A stretch of DNA of 64,000 nucleotides from Bacteroidales bacterium UBA5219 (GTDB lineage: Bacteria; Bacteroidota; Bacteroidia; Bacteroidales; ML635J-15): contig DHVB01000049.1 in assembly GCA_002412425.1 (NCBI GenBank), positions 74,401 through 138,400 on the forward strand. The letters run 5' to 3'. A program made the translations under genes and the position numbers. Below the pieces are notes generated by a model. That model did not search any database and was not told the DNA's origin. It saw nothing but the letters and a program-made list of their open reading frames with translations. Position 1 is the first letter of the stretch. Each line of letters opens with the position of its first letter. This document shows, in pieces, positions 11,325 to 20,319 of the stretch.

Positions 11325-11356
11325 CAAAATTACATAATATTTTTATTTAAAACAAA
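11325..11356 (-). promoter_or_regulatory. Full-consensus Bacteroidota promoter for higBA (-33 TTTG / -7 TAATTTTG, 20-nt spacer)
   Basis: The minus strand reads TTTG-ttttaaataaaaatattatg-TAATTTTG. The -7 box ends 30 nt upstream of the higB ATG (11295). Confidence 0.5.
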
Positions 11357-11363
11357 TATTTAT

Positions 11364-11380
11364 TGCAAATCCGTGCAAAT
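11364..11380. promoter_or_regulatory. Direct repeat TGCAAAT-N3-TGCAAAT just upstream of the higBA -33 element (candidate antitoxin operator)
   Basis: TGCAAAT occurs at 11364-11370 and 11374-11380, a 10-bp phasing. Confidence 0.3.
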
Positions 11381-11389
11381 TACAGATAG

Positions 11390-11454
11390 ATGTTGCGACA
11401 AAAATAGACACTGTTTTAAAAATTATTTTTGATTTTAAATAAATTGGCATTGTT
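11390..11454 (+). repeat. Direct-repeat module, copy B (upstream of the higB promoter)
   Basis: ATGTTGCGACAAAAATAGACACTGTTTTAAAAATTATTTTTGATTTTAAATAAATTGGCATTGTT. Confidence 0.75.
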
Positions 11455-11511
11455 AATTAATATTTATATCATGAAACTAACAAAGGTGTCTTAGAAGTGT
11501 TCAAATGCACA

Positions 11512-11603
11512 TCAGTTAAAAGTTAAAAGTTAAAAAGTTAAAAGAGGCTGACGCGTCTATAGCATGAACGGATTTAACTTTATGAACTTTAAAAACTTTT
11601 AAC
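11512..11603 (+). repeat. Mosaic word-doublet element
   Basis: TCAG(TTAAAAG)x4, then GAGGCTGACGCGTCTA, then AACGGATTTAACTTTATGAACTTTAAAAACTTTTAAC. Shares its left and right modules with 10451-10556 and its centre with 43993-44074. Confidence 0.85.
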
Positions 11604-12577
11604 TATTTTATCGCTTCGATAGAAAATAGAAACCCCTTATGAATAGGATTAAGCTTATCTTCCCACAATGCAGGGCTAATGCTTTGGAAAGCTTGAGTAA
11701 AATAGACTTCAGAAAATCCAAGATTTTTTATATATGCAAACAATTCTTCTTTTGAGAAATAGTCTGCATTATGCTGATATGATTCTTTTTTATTTTCGTC
11801 AACGAAATTTAAAACGTTTTTATAAAAAGTTTCCACATTTCCTGTATCACAGTCGTTTAGGCTTGCTCTTAAATCGGGAGATTTTGCATACAAATTATCC
11901 ATAGCTGCTACGGCGTTATGGTAAAGAAAAGTATTTTCCGAATTAAAAACTAATTCTTCTGAGTTTACCAAACTTTTTATAACATATTCGTTTTTATCGT
12001 TAAATGTGGCTTTAACTCTGCCTTTATGATTTTTTATAAAATTATTTAATTTTTCTTTTGACTCTCTACATTCAAATGGTGCTTTTGGAGTAATTAAATG
12101 ATTTTTATAAAGCTTGTATGAATAATCATAACAATGAACTTTTGAGTGAAAAACTCCACCTTTTTTCAAAATCCTATATGCTTCTTTGCATAAATTTTTA
12201 GTAGCATCAATTGATATATGTTCTATTACAAAAGAATTAAAAACAACTTCGGCATGATTATCTGGTAAAGGTATTGGAGCTAAAGATTCCAAATCATAAA
12301 ATATATCTATTCCTTCTTTGCTATATTTACTTGCTTCTAAGTCGATATATGTCCATATATCATATTTGCTTCGTTGAGAACCTGCACCTATATTATAAAA
12401 TCTCTTTTCTTTTAAACTCTCTTCGCTATAAACACTGTGAATATATTGCTCTAAGAAATTTATCTCCATCAATTTTTGCTTTACAAAAGGAATTCTTGAA
12501 AAAAATATTTCAAAAAATTTCCTAAAAAACTTGGAATGCTTTATAAGAGCAATACTTACAAATCTTATTTTACTCAT
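11603..12577 (-). CDS. Putative class I SAM-dependent methyltransferase-like protein
   Basis: 324 aa. Weak motif I (FYNIGAGSQ) and a Methyltransf_11-like post-I region (VVFNSFVIEHIS...EAYRILKKGGVF). The start is uncertain, with an alternative Met 36 codons in. Confidence 0.45.
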   Translation of the reverse strand: MSKIRFVSIALIKHSKFFRKFFEIFFSRIPFVKQKLMEINFLEQYIHSVYSEESLKEKRFYNIGAGSQRSKYDIWTYIDLEASKYSKEGIDIFYDLESLAPIPLPDNHAEVVFNSFVIEHISIDATKNLCKEAYRILKKGGVFHSKVHCYDYSYKLYKNHLITPKAPFECRESKEKLNNFIKNHKGRVKATFNDKNEYVIKSLVNSEELVFNSENTFLYHNAVAAMDNLYAKSPDLRASLNDCDTGNVETFYKNVLNFVDENKKESYQHNADYFSKEELFAYIKNLGFSEVYFTQAFQSISPALWEDKLNPIHKGFLFSIEAIK

Positions 12578-12676
12578 TTTATCAAAACTATTTTCGAGAA
12601 TTTTTCACAAAATTAAAATAATTATTGCAAAGCCATAAATAATTAGAAAATAATATTTTTGTGTTTATTTTTTTAA

Positions 12677-12684
12677 TAGATTTG
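12677..12684 (+). promoter_or_regulatory. Candidate -7 box (TAGATTTG) for the 12693 methyltransferase gene
   Basis: Exact TAnnTTTG, 8 nt before the ATG, which implies a very short leader. Confidence 0.3.
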
Positions 12685-12692
12685 TAAAAAAT

Positions 12693-13706
12693 ATGAAAAT
12701 TATGCTTAGTCCAAGATTTAAAAACGATGGTAAACCTATTTACAAACTAAACGAAATACAATTACAAGCAAAAGCCGATGTAGAACTAAAAATAGAAAAA
12801 GGACAATACGAGTTCGAAGAAGTAAACTGTGCTGCTTGCAAAAGCAAAGAACATGAACTGCTTGCCGAAAAAGATAGATACGGACTAACATACTATACTG
12901 TAATTTGCAAAAATTGCGGATTAGTTTATGTGTCTCCAAGAATGACTGAAAAAGCATATGCAGAATTTTATAATGCTGAATACAGAAAATTGTACATAGG
13001 AGTTGAAGCTCCTAGAGCTAAATTTTTTATTAAACAAACAAATAGAGGAAAAAGAATCCTTAAATTTGTAAACAAGCATTATAAATTCAATAATAAAACT
13101 ATTGATGTTTTAGAAGTTGGTTGCGGTGCTGGCGGAATTTTAGAAGTATTTAAACAAGCAGGACACAATGTAGTTGGTATAGATTTAGATGAAAAATATT
13201 TGAATTATGGTAAAGAAAAGTTTGGATTAAATTTAATTAGTTCAACTATAAATGACTTAGATGAAAATATTAAGGCAGACCTTATAATTTATGCTCATGT
13301 GTTAGAACACATATTAGATTTAGACAAAGAACTTGCTATGATAAAAAAACATCTAAAGCCAGACGGAATTGTTTATATTGAAGTTCCAGGTGTAAGATAT
13401 GTTCATAAAACAAGTGAAATGGATTTTTTGAAATATTTACAAAATGCTCATGTTTTTCACTTCTCTCTTAATTCATTAAATCGAATATTTTATAATAACG
13501 GATTTAAAAACATTTGTGGAAATGAATATATTAGAGCTTTATACAAACAATGTGATAAAAAACAAGACATAGCCTACACAAATGAATACAGTAAAGTTCT
13601 TAACTATTTAACAAAAACTGAGAAAAATTTATATTCATTTATATTTTGGATAAAAAAACCTTTTTGGATAATCAAAAAACTTTATAAAAAATATATAAAA
13701 GAATAA
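12693..13706 (+). CDS. Class I SAM-dependent methyltransferase with N-terminal Cys4 zinc-ribbon
   Basis: CAAC...CKNC zinc ribbon. Motif I VLEVGCGAGGILE, acidic GIDLD, and IIYAHVLEHI...LKPDGIVYIEVP. Confidence 0.75.
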   Translation: MKIMLSPRFKNDGKPIYKLNEIQLQAKADVELKIEKGQYEFEEVNCAACKSKEHELLAEKDRYGLTYYTVICKNCGLVYVSPRMTEKAYAEFYNAEYRKLYIGVEAPRAKFFIKQTNRGKRILKFVNKHYKFNNKTIDVLEVGCGAGGILEVFKQAGHNVVGIDLDEKYLNYGKEKFGLNLISSTINDLDENIKADLIIYAHVLEHILDLDKELAMIKKHLKPDGIVYIEVPGVRYVHKTSEMDFLKYLQNAHVFHFSLNSLNRIFYNNGFKNICGNEYIRALYKQCDKKQDIAYTNEYSKVLNYLTKTEKNLYSFIFWIKKPFWIIKKLYKKYIKE

Positions 13707-13727
13707 CTCCATTTAAATAATATTGTT

Positions 13728-13735
13728 TATATTTG
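13728..13735 (+). promoter_or_regulatory. Candidate -7 box (TATATTTG) for the YWTD gene
   Basis: Exact TAnnTTTG, 22 nt before the ATG at 13758. Confidence 0.35.
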
Positions 13736-13757
13736 TAGTAGATTAAAACTTGTTATT

Positions 13758-14858
13758 ATGAGAGCATTATTTCTTTCATTATTCATAATAGTTTCGTGCT
13801 CTGCGTTTTCACAACCAATGCTTGATTCTGTTGAATATATTTATTGGGGAGACCACTCTGGAGGCACAATTAACAAAGCTAAACTTGATGGCTCTGATGT
13901 TCAAACCTTAGTTAGTGGTGATTATCAAATAAGAAGAGTTAGACTTGATAGAAAAAATAGAAAAATTTATTGGGCTAGCGGACTTTATGCAGCTATTCGT
14001 TCTGCAAACTATGATGGTACTGAAGTTACTACAGTTTTGCCAACATCTAACCAAATAGGTGTAATTGAAGTTGACCAAAAAAATAAGCGACTTTATTTTA
14101 CCGAAGACAATAGTGGAATGATTAAAAGATGCAAAATTGATGGAACAAGCTTAGAAACAATTGTTACCGGAACTGGCTTGGTTTTAGGAATGGCTGTTGA
14201 CACTTTACATGATATACTTTTCTGGGGAGATTATACAAATAAAAAAATATTTAAGGCTAATACAGATGGCACTAATATTGTTGAAATTCATAATTCCAAC
14301 CTTAAAATTTATGACCTATATATTGATGTTAAACGCAATTATGTTTATTTTAATAATAGAACAAATAACTCAATTCAAAGAATTGATTATTACGGAAATG
14401 GTCTAACAGATATTATTCAATGTTGTAGCAATAATTGTGTTGTCGGCTCTTTGGCTGTTAGTGTAGAATATAACTTTCTTTTCTGGATTGAAAGAGAAAA
14501 TGGTATTTTAGCAAGAAGTAATGCCAATGGTGAAGACAGAACAGATATAATATATGTTCCTGGATCTAATTTTTCAGGAATGGACATAGGCAAAGAATAT
14601 TTAACCCATGTAAAAGTAGATGAAAATAAGTTGAAACAAATTAAAATTTATCCCAATCCTTGTTCAAACCAGTTTTTTGTTGACGCAGAAATAAATTCTG
14701 ATGTTTCTATTTATAATTTATATGGGCAAAAAATTAAAACTTCAAAACTAACTAGCTCTAAATCAATAGATATTGACGAACTACCCACAGGAATTTATTT
14801 TGTAGAAGTAAAAAACGAGAATGATGTGTTTAAGCAAAAAATTCAAGTTGCAAAATAA
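13758..14858 (+). CDS. Secreted six-bladed YWTD (LDL-receptor class B) beta-propeller with T9SS C-terminal sorting domain
   Basis: Signal peptide. Six YWTD-type blades: IYWGDHSGGTINKAKLDGS, KIYWASGLYAAIRSANYDGT, RLYFTEDNSGMIKRCKIDGT, ILFWGDYTNKKIFKANTDGT, YVYFNNRTNNSIQRIDYYGN, FLFWIERENGILARSNANGE. CTD KIYPNPCSNQFFV...GIYFVEV. Confidence 0.7.
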   Translation: MRALFLSLFIIVSCSAFSQPMLDSVEYIYWGDHSGGTINKAKLDGSDVQTLVSGDYQIRRVRLDRKNRKIYWASGLYAAIRSANYDGTEVTTVLPTSNQIGVIEVDQKNKRLYFTEDNSGMIKRCKIDGTSLETIVTGTGLVLGMAVDTLHDILFWGDYTNKKIFKANTDGTNIVEIHNSNLKIYDLYIDVKRNYVYFNNRTNNSIQRIDYYGNGLTDIIQCCSNNCVVGSLAVSVEYNFLFWIERENGILARSNANGEDRTDIIYVPGSNFSGMDIGKEYLTHVKVDENKLKQIKIYPNPCSNQFFVDAEINSDVSIYNLYGQKIKTSKLTSSKSIDIDELPTGIYFVEVKNENDVFKQKIQVAK

Positions 14859-14926
14859 TTTTCATTCCATTACTTATTTGTTCTAATCTCATAAAGCAAA
14901 GATTTTAATTTATATAAATCTTTTTC

Positions 14927-14934
14927 TAAATTTG
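14927..14934 (+). promoter_or_regulatory. Candidate -7 box (TAAATTTG) for the transglutaminase-like gene
   Basis: Exact TAnnTTTG, 20 nt before the ATG at 14955. Confidence 0.35.
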
Positions 14935-14954
14935 TGTTTTTATATTTAAAGTTT

Positions 14955-17633
14955 ATGAGAAATTTAGTTTTTAGTTTTCTTATCCTTTTTATGTTTTCAT
15001 CTTGTTTAAAAAGGGTTGAAGTTATTGAACCAAGTCAGTTTGAGTTAAATTATAACGACAAACTTGCCTTTGCAGAGGCAATAGGAAGTGATTTTTTTGA
15101 AAAATTAGAAAATTACAAATCCGACAGTTTAGTGTATCAAGATTTACAATATCTGTTTACCTACATGCCACTTAGTGATTTTGCGGATTATGATTTTGAG
15201 TTCTTTTTAAATCAAGTAAAATATGCACATTTAATAAAAGAAACTTTTCCTTGGGCAAAAGATATTCCGCAAGATATTTTTAGACATTACGTTTTACCTC
15301 ACCGAGTTAACAACGAAAACTTAGACACTGCTCGCATGGTTTTTTATCGTGAACTTAAAGACAGACTGCTTCCTTTAAATTTAACTGCCGAAGAAGCTGC
15401 TTTGGAAGTAAACCATTGGTGTCACGAAAAAGTAATTTATAAACCTACTGATGCAAGAACAATTTCTCCTCTTGGTGCTGTTCGTTCTGGCTTTGGTCGC
15501 TGTGGCGAAGAAAGTACTTTTACTGTTACAGCATTAAGAGCTGCGGGCATTCCTGCACGACAAGTTTACACGCCACGCTGGGCACATACAGACGACAACC
15601 ACGCTTGGGTAGAAGTTTGGATTGATGGAGAATGGAAATATCTTGGAGCTTGCGAACCACTACCCAGACTAAATAGGGGTTGGTTTACTGTGTCTGCAAC
15701 AAGAACAATGTTAGTGCACACAAAACAGTTTGGACAAGATGATGAAGAAAGTTCAAACTACCTTGGAAGTAATGCAAATTATACTTGGGTAAATGCTATG
15801 AAAACTTATGCTCCAACAAAAAATTTAATAATACTTGTTGTAAATAAAAACAATATGCCTGTTTGGAATGCTGAAGTAAGATTTCAATTATATAATTATG
15901 CAGAAATGTACCCATTGCATACTGCCAAAACAAATATTAATGGAATGGCAAAATTTACAACAGGATACGGTAGTTTAGAAGTTTCTGTAAGCTACAAAGA
16001 CAAAACAATTAGTAAAACAATAAATCCACAAGATGAAAACATAATTACACTAAATATTGATACAGACCCAAAATTTCCAGCAGAAAATGTTGTGTATTAT
16101 CCACCAGTAGCAGGCGAAAACCACATAATCGATCCTGAGGAAGAAAAACTAAATAACGAAAGACTAAAACAAGAAGATAAAATTAGAGCTAACAACGAAA
16201 GTTCGTATTACAACCAGTCTAAAACAAAAGATTTTATAAAAGCATTTGACTATCCCGAAAGTGTAGCAGAAATTCTTATTGGTAGCAAAGGAAATTGGAT
16301 GGAAATAGAAGCTTTTTTAATAGAAGCAAGCTATAAAAATTGTAAAAATGAAGCTCTAGCACTTCTTACTGAATTATCAGAAAAAGATTGGAGAGATACA
16401 AAAAAGGAAATTTTATCTAAACATTGCGAATTGGCTATTAAACACAGAAACAGCAATTTAGCTGATAGTATATTCAATAAGTATGTGCTTAACCCACGAA
16501 TACATTTTGAACTATTAACAAATTACAGACCTGCCATTTTAGAAAGTTTAACCGATGAAAACATAAAAAACTTTAAATCAAATCCTGAAAAAATATATCA
16601 ATACATTTCAGAAAATATTAAAACACAATTTAATATTAATGGCAAAAATATTGATGTTCAAGACTTTAATAATTACAACGTAAGTATTACGCCACTTGGT
16701 GTAAATAAAGTTAAACATGCTGACCCATTGTCGCTTAAAATTTATACTGTTGCTTTTTGTCGAAGCTTAGGTATTCCTGCACAAATAAATTTAGCAAGCA
16801 ATTTTGCACAATATTTTCACAATAATGAATGGGTAGATTTTAATTTTGATAAAGCCAAAGTTGAAAAAGCTAAATTATTCTTCACAAATCCCGATACTAC
16901 AAGAGATCTAAAATATAGAGTTCATTTTGCAATAGCAAGATTAGAATCAGGATTTTTCAACACTGTTGACTTGGGCTGGGAAATTCCAATTAGCGATTTT
17001 TCTGACGGAATAGAAGTTTTGGACGGAAAATACATGCTTCTTACTGCATATAGAAATTCTGACGAAAGTGTTAGTGTAAATAGAAAATATTTTGATTTGA
17101 AAGCAAACGAAACAAAAACAATAGAAGTTACAATACCTGAAGATAATAGTATTTCACTAAATATTAAAGCCTTCGTTCATGGCAATTTAACTGATAATCA
17201 AACAAATAGCCTCATCGACAGTAAATTAATTTGCAAAGAAAATACTGCAACTGCTTTTTGTTGGATAAATCCTACGCAAGAACCATCAAAACACATAATT
17301 AGAGATATTAATTTAGGTTTAAATAACTTAAAAAACAACAAAATAAATGTTGTTTTTATAACTGATGGTTCTGAAATTCAAGGACTTTCTAAAGAAATCC
17401 CAACTTATACTGACAAAAATTTTGAATTGCTAAATAAAAACTCAGCTTGCTCACTTAGTGCAAATAGCAATGTATTTCCAAATATAATGTTAGTTAGCAA
17501 TAATAATTGCATATTTTCAAGTAAGGGGTATATAATTAATGTTAGTGAGATATTAATTAATGAATGGAAAAAATCAGTTAAAAGCGATGCACTGAACGTA
17601 GTTGAAGTGTTAAAAGTTAAAAGTCGAAAGTAA
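14955..17633 (+). CDS. Transglutaminase-like (Cys-His-Asp core) lipoprotein
   Basis: Lipoprotein signal (LFMFSSC) from the ATG at 14955. Transglutaminase core [25 protein letters not shown]...[22 protein letters not shown]. The last 16 codons are encoded by repeat copy 17575-17631. Confidence 0.75.
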   Translation: MRNLVFSFLILFMFSSCLKRVEVIEPSQFELNYNDKLAFAEAIGSDFFEKLENYKSDSLVYQDLQYLFTYMPLSDFADYDFEFFLNQVKYAHLIKETFPWAKDIPQDIFRHYVLPHRVNNENLDTARMVFYRELKDRLLPLNLTAEEAALEVNHWCHEKVIYKPTDARTISPLGAVRSGFGRCGEESTFTVTALRAAGIPARQVYTPRWAHTDDNHAWVEVWIDGEWKYLGACEPLPRLNRGWFTVSATRTMLVHTKQFGQDDEESSNYLGSNANYTWVNAMKTYAPTKNLIILVVNKNNMPVWNAEVRFQLYNYAEMYPLHTAKTNINGMAKFTTGYGSLEVSVSYKDKTISKTINPQDENIITLNIDTDPKFPAENVVYYPPVAGENHIIDPEEEKLNNERLKQEDKIRANNESSYYNQSKTKDFIKAFDYPESVAEILIGSKGNWMEIEAFLIEASYKNCKNEALALLTELSEKDWRDTKKEILSKHCELAIKHRNSNLADSIFNKYVLNPRIHFELLTNYRPAILESLTDENIKNFKSNPEKIYQYISENIKTQFNINGKNIDVQDFNNYNVSITPLGVNKVKHADPLSLKIYTVAFCRSLGIPAQINLASNFAQYFHNNEWVDFNFDKAKVEKAKLFFTNPDTTRDLKYRVHFAIARLESGFFNTVDLGWEIPISDFSDGIEVLDGKYMLLTAYRNSDESVSVNRKYFDLKANETKTIEVTIPEDNSISLNIKAFVHGNLTDNQTNSLIDSKLICKENTATAFCWINPTQEPSKHIIRDINLGLNNLKNNKINVVFITDGSEIQGLSKEIPTYTDKNFELLNKNSACSLSANSNVFPNIMLVSNNNCIFSSKGYIINVSEILINEWKKSVKSDALNVVEVLKVKSRK
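17575..17631 (+). repeat. 57-nt dispersed repeat, copy 2 (encodes the last 16 codons of the transglutaminase-like gene)
   Basis: CAGTTAAAAGCGATGCACTGAACGTAGTTGAAGTGTTAAAAGTTAAAAGTCGAAAGT. Same orientation relative to its host gene as copy 1. Confidence 0.9.
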
Positions 17634-18316
17634 TGCGAATTGATATAATTACTGTTTTGCCCGAATTGATTGCTGGTCCGTTAGATTTGTCAATTATTAA
17701 AAAAGCAAAAGACAAGGGCATAGTAGAAATAAATATTCTCGATTTGCGAGAATATGGTTTGGGAAAATACAAACAAGTTGACGACTACCCATATGGCGGC
17801 GAAGCTGGAATGGTTTTAATGATTGAGCCTATATTTAATTTGATAGAAAAATTAAAGTCAGAAAGAAAATATGATTTGATTTTTTATACCTCACCTGACG
17901 GAAAACCTTGGACTCAAAAAGAAGCTAACAAAATAAGTTTACTCGAAAACATAATTATTTTGTGCGGTCATTATAAAGGAATAGACCAAAGAATAAGAGA
18001 ACACTTAATTGACGAAGAATATAGCATAGGCGATTTTGTACTAACAGGTGGTGAATTGGCTGCAGCAATGATGTGCGATAGTATTGTTAGACTTCTTCCT
18101 GGTGCTATAGGCGATGAACAATCTGCGTTAAGCGATTCTTTTCAAGATAATTTGTTAGCTCCACCAGTTTATACACGCCCCGAAGTTTTTAATAATTGGA
18201 AAGTTCCCGAAGTTTTGCTTTCTGGAAATTTTAAAAAAATTGAAGAATGGAAAGAAGAACAAGCTTATGAAAGAACTTTAAAACTTAGACCAGACTTATT
18301 AAAAAATGATGAGTAA
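17633..18316 (+). CDS. trmD: tRNA (guanine37-N1)-methyltransferase
   Basis: 227 aa. [22 protein letters not shown] and [12 protein letters not shown] motifs. The start overlaps the upstream stop (TAATG). Confidence 0.95.
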   Translation: MRIDIITVLPELIAGPLDLSIIKKAKDKGIVEINILDLREYGLGKYKQVDDYPYGGEAGMVLMIEPIFNLIEKLKSERKYDLIFYTSPDGKPWTQKEANKISLLENIIILCGHYKGIDQRIREHLIDEEYSIGDFVLTGGELAAAMMCDSIVRLLPGAIGDEQSALSDSFQDNLLAPPVYTRPEVFNNWKVPEVLLSGNFKKIEEWKEEQAYERTLKLRPDLLKNDE

Positions 18317-18332
18317 AATTTCACTATTTTAT

Positions 18333-18340
18333 TATCTTTG
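18333..18340 (+). promoter_or_regulatory. Candidate -7 box (TATCTTTG) for the ABC-F gene
   Basis: Exact TAnnTTTG, 17 nt before the ATG at 18358. Confidence 0.35.
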
Positions 18341-18357
18341 CACTTTAAAATTTAGTG

Positions 18358-20241
18358 ATGAGCAGTCTTTTACAAGGTGAAAATTTAAGCAAAAGATATG
18401 GTGAAAAACTTCTGTTTGAAGGAATAAATATTAATATTTCAGAAGGAGACAAAATTGCATTAATAGCCAAAAACGGAACGGGAAAAACTTCTTTACTAAA
18501 CATTTTAACAAATACTGATACGCCAGATAGCGGAAATATTACAAGCAAAAGAGATTTGCGTTTAGCATACCTGCCTCAAGAACTAAATTTAGACCCCGAA
18601 AAAACTATTTTAGAAGCAGTATTTTTCTTAGATGACGAAATTATTAGCACAATCCGAGAATATCATTCTGTTTTATCTTCAAATAATCATGCTGACTTAC
18701 AAGCAATATTAGACAAAATGGATAGCTTAAATGCTTGGGATTACGAAACTAAAGTAAAACAAGTATTAAGCAAATTAAAAATTGACGATTTTTCAAAAAA
18801 AATAAAATATCTAAGCGGAGGACAAAAAAAAAGAGTAGCACTTGCCGGAACTTTAATTAGCGAACCAGATTTATTAATTTTAGACGAACCCACAAACCAC
18901 CTTGATTTAGATATGATTGAATGGCTCGAAGAATATTTAACAAAAACTAACTCCGCAATTTTTATGGTTACTCACGATAGATATTTTTTAGATAGAGTTT
19001 GTAGCACCATTTTTGAGTTAGATATGGGTCAATTTTTTATTTACAATGGGAATTACTCATATTTTGTTGAAAAAAGAGCCGAAAGAATAGAAAACCTACA
19101 AGCCAATATTGACAAAGCTCAAAACTTAATGCGTAAGGAGCAAGAATGGATAAGACGAATGCCAAAAGCAAGAACTTCAAAATCAAAATATAGAATAGAA
19201 GCATTTGATGAACTTAAAGAACAAGCATCACAACGAATTGAAGACGAAAAATTGCAATTTGGTATAGCTAACCAAAGATTAGGCAAAAAAGTAATAAACA
19301 TTTATAATATTTCTAAATCCTTTGGTTCAGAAATTTTAATATCAGACTTTTCTTATAAAATTGCTAAAAACGAAAAAATTGGAATTATTGGAAATAACGG
19401 AAGTGGTAAGACAACTTTTTTAAATATTTTAACCAACAAAATAAAGCCTGATTCGGGCAGGGTTGAAATTGGAGAAACTGTAAAAATTGCTTATTACACA
19501 CAAGAAGGTTTAAGCTTTGACGAAGACTCTAAACCAATTGATATAATAAAAAATATTGCAGAAACAGTAAAATTAAAAAATGGGAAAACACTTTCTGCTT
19601 CGGGATTTTTGCAATATTTTTTATTTTCGCCCGAAATGCAATATACCTATGTAAAAAAACTTAGCGGTGGCGAAAAACGCAGATTATATCTATGCTCAAT
19701 TTTAATGACTCAACCCAACGTTTTATTAATGGACGAACCCACAAACGACCTTGATATTATGACTTTGCAGGTTTTAGAAGAATATCTATCAGAAATTGAA
19801 GCAAGTGTAATTATTGTTTCTCACGATAGATTTTTTATGGATAAAATTGTTGACCATGTTTTTGTTTTTGAAGGAAATGGTAAAATTTTGGACTTCCCTG
19901 GCAATTACACACAATACAGATATTCGCCTTATTATCAGAGACTTAACCAAGAGCAAAAACCAGAGAAAAAAGAAAGTCCAAGTAAAGAATCTTTGCCAAA
20001 AAATGTTTCGCAAGATAAACCCAAAAAAGTTAGTTTTAAAGATAAATATGAATACGAACAACTAAACAAAGAGCTTGAAGAATTAAACCATAAAAAACAA
20101 AAATTAGAAATAGAAATAAATTCTGGTAATTTCAATCATGTTGAGTTAACCGAAAAATCGGAAGAATATTCAAAATTATTAGAAATAATCGAAGAAAAAG
20201 AGTTTAGATGGTTAGAATTAGATGAACTTATAAATCAATAA
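18358..20241 (+). CDS. ABC-F family ATPase (two ABC cassettes, no TM domain)
   Basis: Two Walker A motifs (AKNGTGKTS, GNNGSGKTT), two LSGG signatures (LSGGQKKR, LSGGEKRR), two Walker B motifs (LLILDEPTNHLD, VLLMDEPTNDLD) and a C-terminal coiled coil. Confidence 0.9.
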   Translation: MSSLLQGENLSKRYGEKLLFEGININISEGDKIALIAKNGTGKTSLLNILTNTDTPDSGNITSKRDLRLAYLPQELNLDPEKTILEAVFFLDDEIISTIREYHSVLSSNNHADLQAILDKMDSLNAWDYETKVKQVLSKLKIDDFSKKIKYLSGGQKKRVALAGTLISEPDLLILDEPTNHLDLDMIEWLEEYLTKTNSAIFMVTHDRYFLDRVCSTIFELDMGQFFIYNGNYSYFVEKRAERIENLQANIDKAQNLMRKEQEWIRRMPKARTSKSKYRIEAFDELKEQASQRIEDEKLQFGIANQRLGKKVINIYNISKSFGSEILISDFSYKIAKNEKIGIIGNNGSGKTTFLNILTNKIKPDSGRVEIGETVKIAYYTQEGLSFDEDSKPIDIIKNIAETVKLKNGKTLSASGFLQYFLFSPEMQYTYVKKLSGGEKRRLYLCSILMTQPNVLLMDEPTNDLDIMTLQVLEEYLSEIEASVIIVSHDRFFMDKIVDHVFVFEGNGKILDFPGNYTQYRYSPYYQRLNQEQKPEKKESPSKESLPKNVSQDKPKKVSFKDKYEYEQLNKELEELNHKKQKLEIEINSGNFNHVELTEKSEEYSKLLEIIEEKEFRWLELDELINQ

Positions 20242-20319
20242 ATTAATACAACAAATAATTTTTTAAAAATTTGATTAAGTCTTTTATTATTTTATTTATC
20301 TTGCAAAAAAATTACAATT

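Noticed and set aside
10664-11454. Integron gene cassette with attC sites flanking higBA
   Set aside because: The flanking repeats lack the RYYYAAC...GTTRRRY inverted core and the imperfect-palindrome architecture of attC. No intI gene is in the window. They are simple direct repeats.
10451-11603. CRISPR array, suggested by the short tandem GTTAAAAG repeats
   Set aside because: The units are 7-9 nt tandem words with no unique spacers of 25-40 nt. There is no regular repeat-spacer periodicity and there are no cas genes.
12274-12525. Various 60-100-aa ORFs nested inside or antisense to larger genes (e.g. 12274-12525, 19789-20061, 24082-24588, 39841-40152, 60377-60667)
   Set aside because: All are contained within longer, motif-supported ORFs on the opposite strand or in another frame. 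Their compositions are typical of AT-rich out-of-frame translation.
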